Shown piece after piece: positions 1 to 9,296 of a stretch of DNA of 64,000 nucleotides (position 1 is its first letter; the number at the start of each line of letters is the position of its first letter). A program made the translations under genes and the position numbers. A model generated the notes under the pieces. That model was not told the DNA's origin. It saw nothing but the letters and a program-made list of their open reading frames with translations, and did not search any database. The DNA comes from an uncultured Coxiellaceae bacterium (GTDB lineage Bacteria > Pseudomonadota > Gammaproteobacteria > DSM-16500): contig CAZWPD010000004.1 of the NCBI GenBank assembly GCA_964636145.1, positions 15,488 to 79,487 of the forward strand. Direction: 5' to 3'.

Positions 1-1146
1 GCGCTGCCGATTGCTACCGCGCAATTGGGTTTTTGGGCTTCCGTCGCGTTATTGCTCGGCTGCTGGGCAGTAATGACTATCTGTGCTTTCCTGTTCCTTG
101 AAGTGAATTTATGGCTGCCGCCAAACACCAATCTGATTTCCATGGCTGGCGCGACACTTGGCCGCTGGGGGCAGTTGATTGCCTGGCTTGCTTATCTTTT
201 ATTGCTTTATTCTATCCTGTCCGCGTATATCGCCGGCGGCGGAGACTTATTCCATTACCTATTAATGACTAGCGGTATCAGTTTGCCGTTGTCGGTATCT
301 TCAGTGTTATTCACGGCTTTATTCGGTATGGTCGTATACTTTGGTATTCGTGCCGTCGACTACGTGAATCGTGGTTTGATGTTCGGCAAGATGGGCGCGT
401 ATTTCTTGCTGGTCGTATTAATTCTGCCATTCATCACCATGGGTAATCTGCATAACGGTGAATTTAGCCGCGTTGTATTCCCAACCAGTTTGAGTGTGAC
501 GGTTGTTGCGTTTACCTGTTTGATGATTATTCCCAGCCTCAGAACTTATTTCGGCGATGATGTGAAATCATTACGCAAAGCAATCTTGTTTGGCACCACT
601 ATCCCATTGGTTTGTTATATCGCCTGGGATGCAGTCATTATGGGCGTGGTTCCGCTTGATGGTACGCCGGGCTTACGTGGCATGTTGCATTCCAGCAGCT
701 CAAACAGCGATTTGGTCTCAGCGCTGACTAGCTTGCTGCAAAAAGACAATATTACCTTGCTGGCCAAGTTCTTTACTTCCATTTGCATGGCGACTTCATT
801 CCTGAGCATTTCACTGTGCCTGTCTGATTTCTTGTCTGATGGTTTGAATGTGAAAAAATCCGGTAATGGTAACTTTCTAATTTACGGTGCCACGTTCTTG
901 CCGCCGATATTAATCGTGTTGTTTTATCCAGATGCATTTATCCGCGGGTTACATTATGCCGGTCTTAGCTGCTTCATCCTCATGATTCTGTTTCCACCAT
1001 TGATGGTTTGGAGCGGCCGTTATTACAAAGCAATGACGACTGTTCAGGGTTCACAATATCAAGTGGCGGGTGGTAAATATCTGCTGTCATTGCTGCTGGC
1101 TTTCGGCGCCGTAATGATTGCAATCAGCTTGCAAGGTGTTGCTTAA
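1..1146 (+). CDS. Aromatic amino acid permease, TyrP/Mtr (HAAAP) family; 5' end lies outside the window
   Basis: Frame is open from the window start (ALPIATAQLG...). Multiple TM segments; family motifs IAGGGDL, IPSLRTY, TSFLSISLCLSDFL. Confidence 0.85.
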   Translation, partial: ALPIATAQLGFWASVALLLGCWAVMTICAFLFLEVNLWLPPNTNLISMAGATLGRWGQLIAWLAYLLLLYSILSAYIAGGGDLFHYLLMTSGISLPLSVSSVLFTALFGMVVYFGIRAVDYVNRGLMFGKMGAYFLLVVLILPFITMGNLHNGEFSRVVFPTSLSVTVVAFTCLMIIPSLRTYFGDDVKSLRKAILFGTTIPLVCYIAWDAVIMGVVPLDGTPGLRGMLHSSSSNSDLVSALTSLLQKDNITLLAKFFTSICMATSFLSISLCLSDFLSDGLNVKKSGNGNFLIYGATFLPPILIVLFYPDAFIRGLHYAGLSCFILMILFPPLMVWSGRYYKAMTTVQGSQYQVAGGKYLLSLLLAFGAVMIAISLQGVA

Positions 1147-1164
1147 AGGAGTGTTGGCGTCATT

Positions 1165-2118
1165 ATGGAATCTTTGTCTTCCGCATGGATGTGGATTGGA
1201 TTTTCACTGTTTCTGGTTTGTGCATTATCCATCGACACGCTTTTGATTGGTAAATACAGGGCCCGCAGTAATGAAACATGGCGGGCCGCTTTATTTTGGA
1301 CGATCTTCTGGATAGCTTGTGCCCTGGTCTTCAACCTGGCTTTGTGGGCTTACTTGCACACTGTTACTGATGCAGCTTCTGCAAATCTTTTGGCACTGCA
1401 GTTCCTGACTGCGTATCTGGTTGAAAAATCACTTTCACTCGATAATCTCTTTGTGTTCTATCTGGTTTTCAAGCACTTCCAAATAAACTCTCATCATCAA
1501 CACCGCGTTTTGTCTTACGGTATTTGGGGCGCAGTGATTATGCGTCTTTTAATCATCCTGGTTGGCATTTGGCTGATTTCGCATTTTCATTGGCTGTTGT
1601 ATGTCATGGGCGCATTTCTTCTTTTTACCGGCATTAAAATTATGTTTGCCAAAGAAGAAGAGAAAGATTTATCAGAAACATTAATTTTGAAATTATGCAA
1701 AAAGCTTTTTCGTGTCACCCATGAGTTTGAAGGTGAGCGCTTTTTTGTGCGCAAGAATCATTTGTTGTATGCGACGCCTTTGTTCATTGCCTTAATTTTT
1801 ATTGAGTTCAGCGACTTGGTGTTTGCTGTAGATAGTATTCCTGCAGTATTTGCTATTACACGCGAGCCATTTATTGTCTGGAGTTCGAACATATTTGCGA
1901 TTCTCGGTTTGCGCGCCATGTATTTCTTGTTGGCAAGAATGGTGGAAGAGCTGGATCTGTTAAAATATGGTATCGCGCTCATTCTGGTCTATGTTGGTGT
2001 TAAGATGTTGATTGAGCCTTGGTTCAAAATACCAGCGGGTGTGTCATTAGGTGTGATCATATTTGTCATTTTGACGTTTTCATTGGTTAGTGTCGGGATG
2101 GCGCGGCGTCGGGGATAA
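1165..2118 (+). CDS. TerC/Alx family membrane protein
   Basis: Motifs EKSLSLDNLFVF, VLSYGIWGAVIMR, DLVFAVDSIPAVFAIT, SNIFAILGLRAMYF. Confidence 0.92.
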   Translation: MESLSSAWMWIGFSLFLVCALSIDTLLIGKYRARSNETWRAALFWTIFWIACALVFNLALWAYLHTVTDAASANLLALQFLTAYLVEKSLSLDNLFVFYLVFKHFQINSHHQHRVLSYGIWGAVIMRLLIILVGIWLISHFHWLLYVMGAFLLFTGIKIMFAKEEEKDLSETLILKLCKKLFRVTHEFEGERFFVRKNHLLYATPLFIALIFIEFSDLVFAVDSIPAVFAITREPFIVWSSNIFAILGLRAMYFLLARMVEELDLLKYGIALILVYVGVKMLIEPWFKIPAGVSLGVIIFVILTFSLVSVGMARRRG

Positions 2119-2121
2119 GCA

Positions 2122-3609
2122 ATGGTTGTAGCCAAGATACCAGTCTATCAGACCGAACAGATTCGTGAATGTGAGCGTCTCGCTGCCGAACGTTTTGGGA
2201 TTATTGGCGAGGTACTGATGGCGCGCGCTGGTAAGGCGGCGCTGGATTTCATGTTGCGGCGCTGGACGAGCCTCAAGTCTATCGCAGTATTTTGCGGCAG
2301 CGGCAATAATGGCGGCGATGGCTACGTGCTGGCGGAGCTGGCATTTGAGCGCGGTTTAATTGTCGCGGTTTATCAGGTTGGTGATCACGCCGAATTAAAA
2401 AATGATGCCAAAGCAGCGTTTGAACGCTGTCGAACAGCCAACATTCCTATCCACGTATTCCACGACAAAATGGATTTGCAGCATCCCGATTTGATTGTTG
2501 ATGCCATTTGCGGCATTGGTATTCACGGTGCGCTCCGTGAAGATGTGGTTGTCGCTCTGGATAATATTCGCCGCACGCAAGCTCCGGTGTTTGCGATTGA
2601 TGTACCTACCGGCATAGATGCCGATACTGGTCAGGTGCTGGGTTCAGCACTGAAAGCGACGGCAACCTTGACTTACATTGGGTTGAAGCTTGGTTTGTTG
2701 ACCGGCAGTGGTTCCTCGTACACCGGTGAATTAGTATTGAATGATTTACAGCTGCCAGCTGATGTCTTTGCTTACGTGCAGCCTGTCGCAGAAAAATTGC
2801 AGCTATCGTCTTATCAACATTATCTAAAAGCGCGTTTGCGCGATTGGCACAAAGGCTTGTCTGGTCATGTGTTAGTGATAGGCGGCGCTGCTGGTTATGC
2901 CGGTGCCGCGCGCATGGCTGGCATGGCTGCACTCAGGGTGGGCGCTGGTTTGGTGAGCATTGCCACGGATGTGCAAAGTGCACCATTGATGAATGCGGAA
3001 TGGCCGGAATTGATGTGTCACGGCATCGCCAAGCCGGAAGACTTGCAGCCATTGCTGGCTAAGGCTGATGTGATTGTGCTTGGTCCGGGTCTCGGGCAGT
3101 CGGATTGGGCAAAAAGTTTATGGCAGCAGGCCGTGCGACACGATGCATGGTTGGTATTGGATGCCGATGGCTTGAATATTTTAGGCGCCCAGCCGGAAGT
3201 GCGCGATAACTGGATTTTGACTCCGCACCCAGGTGAGGCGGCGCGCTTGTTGGATCAGACCACGCAACTCATACAGCAAGACAGACTCGAGGCGGTGAAG
3301 GAATTGTCACGACGCTACGGCGGGGTGGCGGTATTAAAAGGTGCCGGCACTCTGGTAGCCGCGCCCAATATGCTGCCGGCAGTTTGTGATAAAGGTAACC
3401 CGGGCATGGCGTCAGCCGGCATGGGCGATATCTTGAGTGGTGTGATTGGCGGGTTGGTGGCGCAAGGTATTCCGCTCGGCGAAGCGGCGCGACTCGGTGT
3501 GATATTGCACGCTACCGCGGGAGACATGGCTGCCAAAGACGGCGAGCGTGGTATGATAGCCACCGATTTGCTGCCGTATTTACGGCGTCTTAGTAACCTA
3601 ACAAATTAA
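2122..3609 (+). CDS. nnr: Bifunctional NAD(P)H-hydrate epimerase/dehydratase (YjeF)
   Basis: CGSGNNGGDG, DVPTG, GPGLG, LTPHPGEAARL, GNPGMASAGMGD; canonical position before tsaE. Confidence 0.95.
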   Translation: MVVAKIPVYQTEQIRECERLAAERFGIIGEVLMARAGKAALDFMLRRWTSLKSIAVFCGSGNNGGDGYVLAELAFERGLIVAVYQVGDHAELKNDAKAAFERCRTANIPIHVFHDKMDLQHPDLIVDAICGIGIHGALREDVVVALDNIRRTQAPVFAIDVPTGIDADTGQVLGSALKATATLTYIGLKLGLLTGSGSSYTGELVLNDLQLPADVFAYVQPVAEKLQLSSYQHYLKARLRDWHKGLSGHVLVIGGAAGYAGAARMAGMAALRVGAGLVSIATDVQSAPLMNAEWPELMCHGIAKPEDLQPLLAKADVIVLGPGLGQSDWAKSLWQQAVRHDAWLVLDADGLNILGAQPEVRDNWILTPHPGEAARLLDQTTQLIQQDRLEAVKELSRRYGGVAVLKGAGTLVAAPNMLPAVCDKGNPGMASAGMGDILSGVIGGLVAQGIPLGEAARLGVILHATAGDMAAKDGERGMIATDLLPYLRRLSNLTN

Positions 3610-3619
3610 ACGAACGACC

Positions 3620-4114
3620 ATGAATACTCCTTTTACATCCATTTGCCGGCCGCTGCCAACCGATGCCGACACTCAGGCCATAGGCGCCAGTCTAGCCGCT
3701 GCATGCGTGCCAGGTGTGGTGATTTATTTAAACGGGGTGTTGGGTGCCGGCAAAACCACCTTTGTGCGCGGCTTCCTCCGTGGCTTAGGTTATGACGGCA
3801 AGGTAAAGAGTCCTACGTATACGCTGGTTGAGCCTTATGAGCTTGATAATTATAATGTTTTTCATTTTGATCTCTATCGATTGCTGCAGGCGGAAGAATT
3901 GCACGCAATTGGTCTCGAAGATTACTTCGCAGTAAACGCTGTTTGTCTGGTCGAATGGCCTGAAAAAGGTAGTCCTTTATTACCGGCACCGGATTTGGTC
4001 GGTTATTTTGATATAATGGATCAAGAGTCAGGGAATCAAGAAGCACATTCCGCCAGACAAATCCGTCTTGAAGCATGCACCACCAAAGGAGATGGAATAT
4101 TGGCACGGTTATAG
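3620..4114 (+). CDS. tsaE: t6A biosynthesis ATPase TsaE
   Basis: LGAGKTTFVRG, VKSPTYTLVEPY, HFDLYRL, VEWPE. Confidence 0.96.
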   Translation: MNTPFTSICRPLPTDADTQAIGASLAAACVPGVVIYLNGVLGAGKTTFVRGFLRGLGYDGKVKSPTYTLVEPYELDNYNVFHFDLYRLLQAEELHAIGLEDYFAVNAVCLVEWPEKGSPLLPAPDLVGYFDIMDQESGNQEAHSARQIRLEACTTKGDGILARL

Positions 4115-4123
4115 GGAAGAACC

Positions 4124-5293
4124 ATGTGTCGAATAATCTTCATCATATTATTAGCTTTACTGCCGCTTTCCGCACACGCTGAAAATCCTGTTTACCTGAC
4201 AGGTATGCGCGTTTCTGCAGGCACCGCCAAGACAGTGATTGTATTTGATCTCACTGCCAAAACTTCTGGTGTCATTAAATTTATTCCTCGCGATAAACAT
4301 TTGCTGCTGAAATTTGAAAACACCGCAATGAAAATGCGTGTCGCCAATGCACGACTTGGAGACGCGAATGTATTGAAATTTTCAGCGCAAACCTTGCCTG
4401 ATGATGTGGTGCAATTCACATTTGAAACCATGGGCGATGTACAGTGGACAACTGAATTTATTGGCGGTGAAAAATCATCACCGGTGCAAATGAAATTGGA
4501 AATCATCTCAATTGATGCAACGGTTAAGCCGGAAAAGAAAGTTGAGAAACCAGCGGAAATATCAAAGCCGCTAAGTAGTGTTAAACCAGATAAAAAGAAG
4601 CTATTTACGGTTGTGATTGATGCGGGTCATGGCGGTAAAGATACTGGTGCAGTCGGTGAACATGGTACTCATGAAAAAGCGATCGTGTTAACAATCGCAA
4701 AGAAAATAGCAGCGAAATTGGCGAAGGAACCTGGTTTGCGCGTGGTGATGACACGTAAACGTGATCATTATGTACCGCTGCGTGGACGCTTGAATCAAGC
4801 TCGCCGTGTTAACGCAGATTTATTTATTGCGGTGCATGCCGATGCCTATTTTAATGATGACGTGCGAGGTGCATCGGTTTATGCCTTGTCGCAACACGGT
4901 GCAACCAATGAGGCGTCACGCTGGTTGGCGAAGCAGGAAAAATATCCCGAACTCGACGGTATTGAGTTGGACAGGTTAGCAGACACAAGCCGCATGGTGC
5001 GCTCAGTTCTAATTGATCTGGCGCAAACAGCAACGATTCGCGATAGCTTGCGCTTGGGTAATAAAGTGTTGAATGCGCTGGATCGTGTCTCATCCTTGCA
5101 TTATCGACATGTTGAGCAAGCGCCGTTTGTGGTGTTGAAATCGCCTGACATCCCATCCATTTTGATCGAAACTGGATTCATCAGTAATCCTCATGAAGAG
5201 ATGCAGTTAAGAGATGCTGCCTATCAGGATAAGCTGGCGGATGCGGTGTGCAACGGCATTAACGCATACATTAAAAAATATGCGAATAATTAA
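4124..5293 (+). CDS. amiB: N-acetylmuramoyl-L-alanine amidase (AMIN-like N-terminus + Amidase_3)
   Basis: Signal peptide; IDAGHGGKD, AVHADA, VLKSPDIPSILIETGFISN; tsaE-amiB-mutL order. Confidence 0.9.
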   Translation: MCRIIFIILLALLPLSAHAENPVYLTGMRVSAGTAKTVIVFDLTAKTSGVIKFIPRDKHLLLKFENTAMKMRVANARLGDANVLKFSAQTLPDDVVQFTFETMGDVQWTTEFIGGEKSSPVQMKLEIISIDATVKPEKKVEKPAEISKPLSSVKPDKKKLFTVVIDAGHGGKDTGAVGEHGTHEKAIVLTIAKKIAAKLAKEPGLRVVMTRKRDHYVPLRGRLNQARRVNADLFIAVHADAYFNDDVRGASVYALSQHGATNEASRWLAKQEKYPELDGIELDRLADTSRMVRSVLIDLAQTATIRDSLRLGNKVLNALDRVSSLHYRHVEQAPFVVLKSPDIPSILIETGFISNPHEEMQLRDAAYQDKLADAVCNGINAYIKKYANN

Positions 5294-5295
5294 TG

Positions 5296-5442
5296 CGTCA
5301 TTGCGAGCCCTGCGATATTAGCAGGGTGCGGCAATCCAGATTTTAACCTTGCGATTGATTGAAAAAATATTGACCCACCTGATTTTGCCGCCATTATCAA
5401 AGCTGGATTGATTCGTCGTAAAAAGCGCTCCTCGCAATGACG
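5296..5442. repeat. 147-bp CGTC-tagged palindromic element (REP/RPE-like), copy 1
   Basis: Ends cgtcattgcgag...ctcgcaatgacg with inner gcaatccag/ctggattg arms; reverse-complement copy at 23227-23373. Confidence 0.85.
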
Positions 5443-5489
5443 AGTGTGATGCTACAATCCTCGCATTACCTCCATGCAGGGACTGAAAA

Positions 5490-7313
5490 ATGCACAATCG
5501 CATTCAAAAATTAAGCCCATTATTGGCTAACCAAATAGCTGCTGGCGAAGTTGTCGAGCGCCCATCTTCAGTCGTCAAAGAGTTGGTTGAAAATTGTCTG
5601 GATGCCGGTGCAACGCAAATTGATATTGAAATTGAGCAAGGCGGCGCACGCTTGATCAAGGTGCGTGATAATGGCAGCGGCATTCACGAAGAAGATTTGC
5701 CGCTCGCGCTTAGTCGTCATGCGACGAGTAAAATTATTAAGACCGATGATTTAGCGCAAATCATGACATTGGGTTTTCGCGGTGAAGCGTTAGCCAGTAT
5801 TGGTTCGGTATCGCGCATGACAATTACTTCTGCGTTGGGCAAACAGGCGGGACGCAAAGTCGCCGTTGAAGGTGATATTTATTCTGAGGTGAGTCCTGCT
5901 GCTCATCCGCAAGGCACAACCGTTGAGGTGCGCGATTTATTTTATAATACTCCTGCGCGACGTAAATTCATGCGCAGCGAAAAAACCGAGTTCGACCATA
6001 TAGACGAATTAATCAAACGTATTGCTTTGTCTTCGTTTGGTGTTGGCTTCACGCTAAAACATAATCAAAAACTAGTGCGGCAATATTTTCCAGCCAATTC
6101 AAGTGTACAAGATAACGAACGTTTATCTGCGCTATGCGGAGCTGAGTTTGTGGCGCATGCGTTGCAGATCGAAGCGGAAGGTGCTGGCATGCGGATTTCA
6201 GGCTGGATCGCCCAGCCGACATTTTCTCGCAGTCAGGCCGATCTGCAGTATTTCTACGTGAATGGCCGTATCGTGCGCGATAAGCTGGTGTTGCACGCTT
6301 TGCGTCAGGCCTATCAAGATGTGTTATATCGTGATCGCCATCCTGCTTATATTTTATTTCTGGATTTGCCGCCGAATCTGGTTGATGTGAATGTGCATCC
6401 AACCAAACATGAAGTACGCTTTCGAGAAGGAAGAGTGGTACATGATTTTATTTTTCGCTGCGTGCACGATGCGCTAGCCGGCGATCGACCGGGTGAGGCT
6501 TGTCATACTCATGCACATGATACTGCGCCAGTTGCCATGCGTCAGGCAGAACATCATCATTATCACGCACCGCAAACAAATGTTCATGCTTTCAAGCCAA
6601 CATCATTTAAACCTTCTCAAACATTTCATCAGCCGCAACAGGTTGCCGAGCAAATGTCGTTGTATCGAACCCTGGCCGCTGACAGTGCCGCGCCACAGAA
6701 TGAAGCGCTCGCAGCAGTTGCTGTGGAAACGCCGCCGCTTGGTTATGCGATCGGCCAGTTGTTGGGAATTTATATTTTGGCAGAAAAAGAAAACACACTG
6801 GTGATGGTTGACATGCATGCTGCACACGAACGTGTGTTATATGAGAAAATGAAAACAGCATGGGCAAGTAAAACCATGGCTGTGCAAACACTACTTGTGC
6901 CATTGACAATTACATTGAGTGAGCGCGAAGCGGATTGTATTGAGCAATCACCGGATATTTTTCAGGAGTTAGGGTTTGGTGTGGCACGTATCGCCAAAGA
7001 AACCATTGCGATTCGTGAAGTGCCGCAATTACTGGCTGATGGGCCACTGGAACAATTGATCCGTGATGTCACCGCTGATTTGCTTGAGCACGGTGACAGT
7101 TCGCGCATGCAAGATCATATTCATCATCTTTTAGGTGAGCTTGCTTGTCATACAGCGGTGCGCGCCAATCATAAATTAAGTATTCCCGAGATGAATGCAT
7201 TGTTGCGTCAAATGGAAAAGACTGATCATGCCGGTCAGTGCAATCATGGTCGTCCCACTTGCGTGGAACTGACGTTAGCGGAGTTGGATAAATTGTTTAT
7301 GCGTGGTCGATAA
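5490..7313 (+). CDS. mutL: DNA mismatch repair protein MutL
   Basis: NQIAAGEVVERP, GFRGEALASI, DVNVHPTKHEVRF, DMHAAHER, CNHGRPT. Confidence 0.98.
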   Translation: MHNRIQKLSPLLANQIAAGEVVERPSSVVKELVENCLDAGATQIDIEIEQGGARLIKVRDNGSGIHEEDLPLALSRHATSKIIKTDDLAQIMTLGFRGEALASIGSVSRMTITSALGKQAGRKVAVEGDIYSEVSPAAHPQGTTVEVRDLFYNTPARRKFMRSEKTEFDHIDELIKRIALSSFGVGFTLKHNQKLVRQYFPANSSVQDNERLSALCGAEFVAHALQIEAEGAGMRISGWIAQPTFSRSQADLQYFYVNGRIVRDKLVLHALRQAYQDVLYRDRHPAYILFLDLPPNLVDVNVHPTKHEVRFREGRVVHDFIFRCVHDALAGDRPGEACHTHAHDTAPVAMRQAEHHHYHAPQTNVHAFKPTSFKPSQTFHQPQQVAEQMSLYRTLAADSAAPQNEALAAVAVETPPLGYAIGQLLGIYILAEKENTLVMVDMHAAHERVLYEKMKTAWASKTMAVQTLLVPLTITLSEREADCIEQSPDIFQELGFGVARIAKETIAIREVPQLLADGPLEQLIRDVTADLLEHGDSSRMQDHIHHLLGELACHTAVRANHKLSIPEMNALLRQMEKTDHAGQCNHGRPTCVELTLAELDKLFMRGR

Positions 7314-7332
7314 TTAACATAAGGAAATAAAA

Positions 7333-7881
7333 ATGATTTCAGATCTGATCAATACATTTCTCGCAAATTTTAAATATCTAAATACTCGCGGTCATCGCAG
7401 CGGTTGTTTGTTTGTATTTGCTGATCGAGGTTTAACAACAGGTTTAGAGAAAAATGCTAGACAGCTCCGTAATGCTTTGACAGCGCTGGCACAAAAAAAT
7501 GATATCAGCGAAGAAGAAAAAGGGAATACGTTTTACGATATTCTGCACCAGAGTTTTGAACAAGCAGAATTATTACGTGCCGAGCACGGGCATCCACTCA
7601 ATAAACGCAAGAGCCCACCGATTAATATGCTTGATCAAGATGGTCAAGTGAACAAGAATTATTGGGTGAGGCCGAAAAAGCCGGCAAAGTTTGAAAGACA
7701 ATTAGTGCAGGGCTTGACTGCGTTACAAGCCGATGCAGCAGCGCGACTGCTTGCTAATCCTGATCCAGTGGTTGAGTCTTTTATGAAAAAATGCCAAGCA
7801 CTCAGCAACAATATCAGTGACTTTGAGCCTCATGAGCGCTGTGTTGCGAATGCGGTACACAGGGTAGGCAAGAGGCGTTAA
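7333..7881 (+). CDS. Hypothetical protein (182 aa) between mutL and miaA
   Basis: AAGGA RBS upstream; stop overlaps miaA start (TAATG); no recognisable motif. Confidence 0.7.
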   Translation: MISDLINTFLANFKYLNTRGHRSGCLFVFADRGLTTGLEKNARQLRNALTALAQKNDISEEEKGNTFYDILHQSFEQAELLRAEHGHPLNKRKSPPINMLDQDGQVNKNYWVRPKKPAKFERQLVQGLTALQADAAARLLANPDPVVESFMKKCQALSNNISDFEPHERCVANAVHRVGKRR

Positions 7882-8825
7882 TGCAGCAATCTACGCACGA
7901 ACAACCCCGTGTCATTTGTTTAATGGGACCAACGGCTTCAGGTAAAACACCGTTGGCGATTGAACTCGTCCAACGCTTTCCATGCGAAATAATTAGTGTG
8001 GATTCGGCGATGGTGTATCGCGGCATGGATATTGGCACGGCCAAACCTGATGCCGCAACCTTGCAGATCGCACCGCATCGCTTGATTGATATTTGCGATC
8101 CGACGGAAGCTTATTCAGCGGGCAGATTTCGCGAGGATGCGTTGCAGGCTATTTCTGACATTCATGCCAAGGGTAAAATTCCATTGTTGGTTGGCGGCAC
8201 GATGATGTATTTCCGTGTGCTGTTACAAGGTATTGCTACGCTACCGCGTGCTGATGATCGTTTGCGCGCGCAACTAACCGAACGTGCTGCACATGAAGGC
8301 TGGGAGGCCTTGCACGCTGAACTTGTCAGTGTTGATCCCGTAGCCGCGGCGAAAATTCATGCGAATGACGCACAGCGTATTCAGCGCGCTCTCGAAGTTT
8401 TCATGCTGACCGGTAAACCCATTTCCAGTTTGCAGGGCAATGAGACTAGTCCGCTTGCTGGCTTCAATATGTTGCAATTGGCGCTCATGCCGGCATCACG
8501 TGCCTTGCTGCACGAGCGTATTGCGCAACGATTCGATCAGATGCTGAGAGCAGGCTTTGTCGATGAAGTGAGAGGGTTGTTTGCTCGTGGTGATTTATCG
8601 CCTGAGCTGCCATCGATCCGCTCGGTCGGGTATCGGCAGGTTTGGGATTATCTGGCCGGGATCATTGATGAAAAGACCATGCGTGAGACTGCTATCGCTG
8701 CCACCCGCCAATTGGCCAAGCGGCAGATTACCTGGCTGCGTACCTGGCCGGATTGCCAATATCTAGTGAGCGAGTCGACGGATTTGTTGGGGCAGGTTGA
8801 GCAGCTCTGTCTTAGGTTGGGTTAG
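7881..8825 (+). CDS. miaA: tRNA dimethylallyltransferase
   Basis: GPTASGKT, SVDSAMVYRGMDIGTAKP, VGGTMMY, TRQLAKRQITW. Confidence 0.98.
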   Translation: MQQSTHEQPRVICLMGPTASGKTPLAIELVQRFPCEIISVDSAMVYRGMDIGTAKPDAATLQIAPHRLIDICDPTEAYSAGRFREDALQAISDIHAKGKIPLLVGGTMMYFRVLLQGIATLPRADDRLRAQLTERAAHEGWEALHAELVSVDPVAAAKIHANDAQRIQRALEVFMLTGKPISSLQGNETSPLAGFNMLQLALMPASRALLHERIAQRFDQMLRAGFVDEVRGLFARGDLSPELPSIRSVGYRQVWDYLAGIIDEKTMRETAIAATRQLAKRQITWLRTWPDCQYLVSESTDLLGQVEQLCLRLG

Positions 8826-8908
8826 CGCGTTTTTTGCGCGTAACCCAGCGTGCATAAAGCGAGAGTGATTGTTGGGTTACGCGCAAAAAACGCGCTAACC
8901 CAACCTAC
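8813..8908. repeat. GTAG-type REP doublet: perfect 35-bp inverted repeat with 25-bp spacer
   Basis: 8813-8847 taggttgggttagcgcgttttttgcgcgtaaccca is the reverse complement of 8873-8907; each arm is itself a hairpin. Confidence 0.85.
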
Positions 8909-9011
8909 GCCAACACACCGTGCCAGGCGTATACGCTAACTTGTTGATATTCTCATATTTTTTTTTGTGTAGGCTGTTTTTGCTTCTGGGTTCTGCACAT
9001 CTTGCAAACAG

Positions 9012-9184
9012 AGGGTCCCCTCTCCCGCCCACAACACAACATATGTCTAGGTGCATGGCTGCGGGAGAGGGAAAGGGTGAGGGAAAACCAATGCTTTTGC
9101 GATAGCCGTTCACCCTCACCCCGGTCCCTCTCCCGCAACGATTATTAGAATACTTGTCTGCCGCAATGGGCGGGAGAGGGGGCC
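9012..9184. repeat. CCCTCTCCC/GGGAGAGGG double-hairpin palindromic element, copy 1
   Basis: Two inverted units, cccctctcccgccc..gcgggagagggaaagggtgaggg and ccctcaccccggtccctctcccgc..gggcgggagagggggcc; related copy at 55083-55320. Confidence 0.8.
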
Positions 9185-9226
9185 TGCTAATCACCAGTGT
9201 GCCAACATCCCGCATTATATTGTTTG

Positions 9227-9259
9227 TTTAATACCCACTTAAGCTAAATATTATACAAT
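9227..9259 (+). promoter_or_regulatory. PmrA-box-like promoter of ORF 9297
   Basis: TTTAAT-N5-CTTAAG-N10-TACAAT; matches the YTTAAK-N5-YTTAAK PmrA consensus placed over the -35 region. Confidence 0.55.
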
Positions 9260-9296
9260 CACCCCAAATAACAATAACATACCCACGCAGGTCATC

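Noticed and set aside
8813-9184. Possible CRISPR array
   Set aside because: Repeats are inverted rather than regularly spaced direct copies, belong to different families, and no cas genes are present.
8895-9215. Short ORFs on both strands
   Set aside because: They read through palindromic repeats and have no coding signals.
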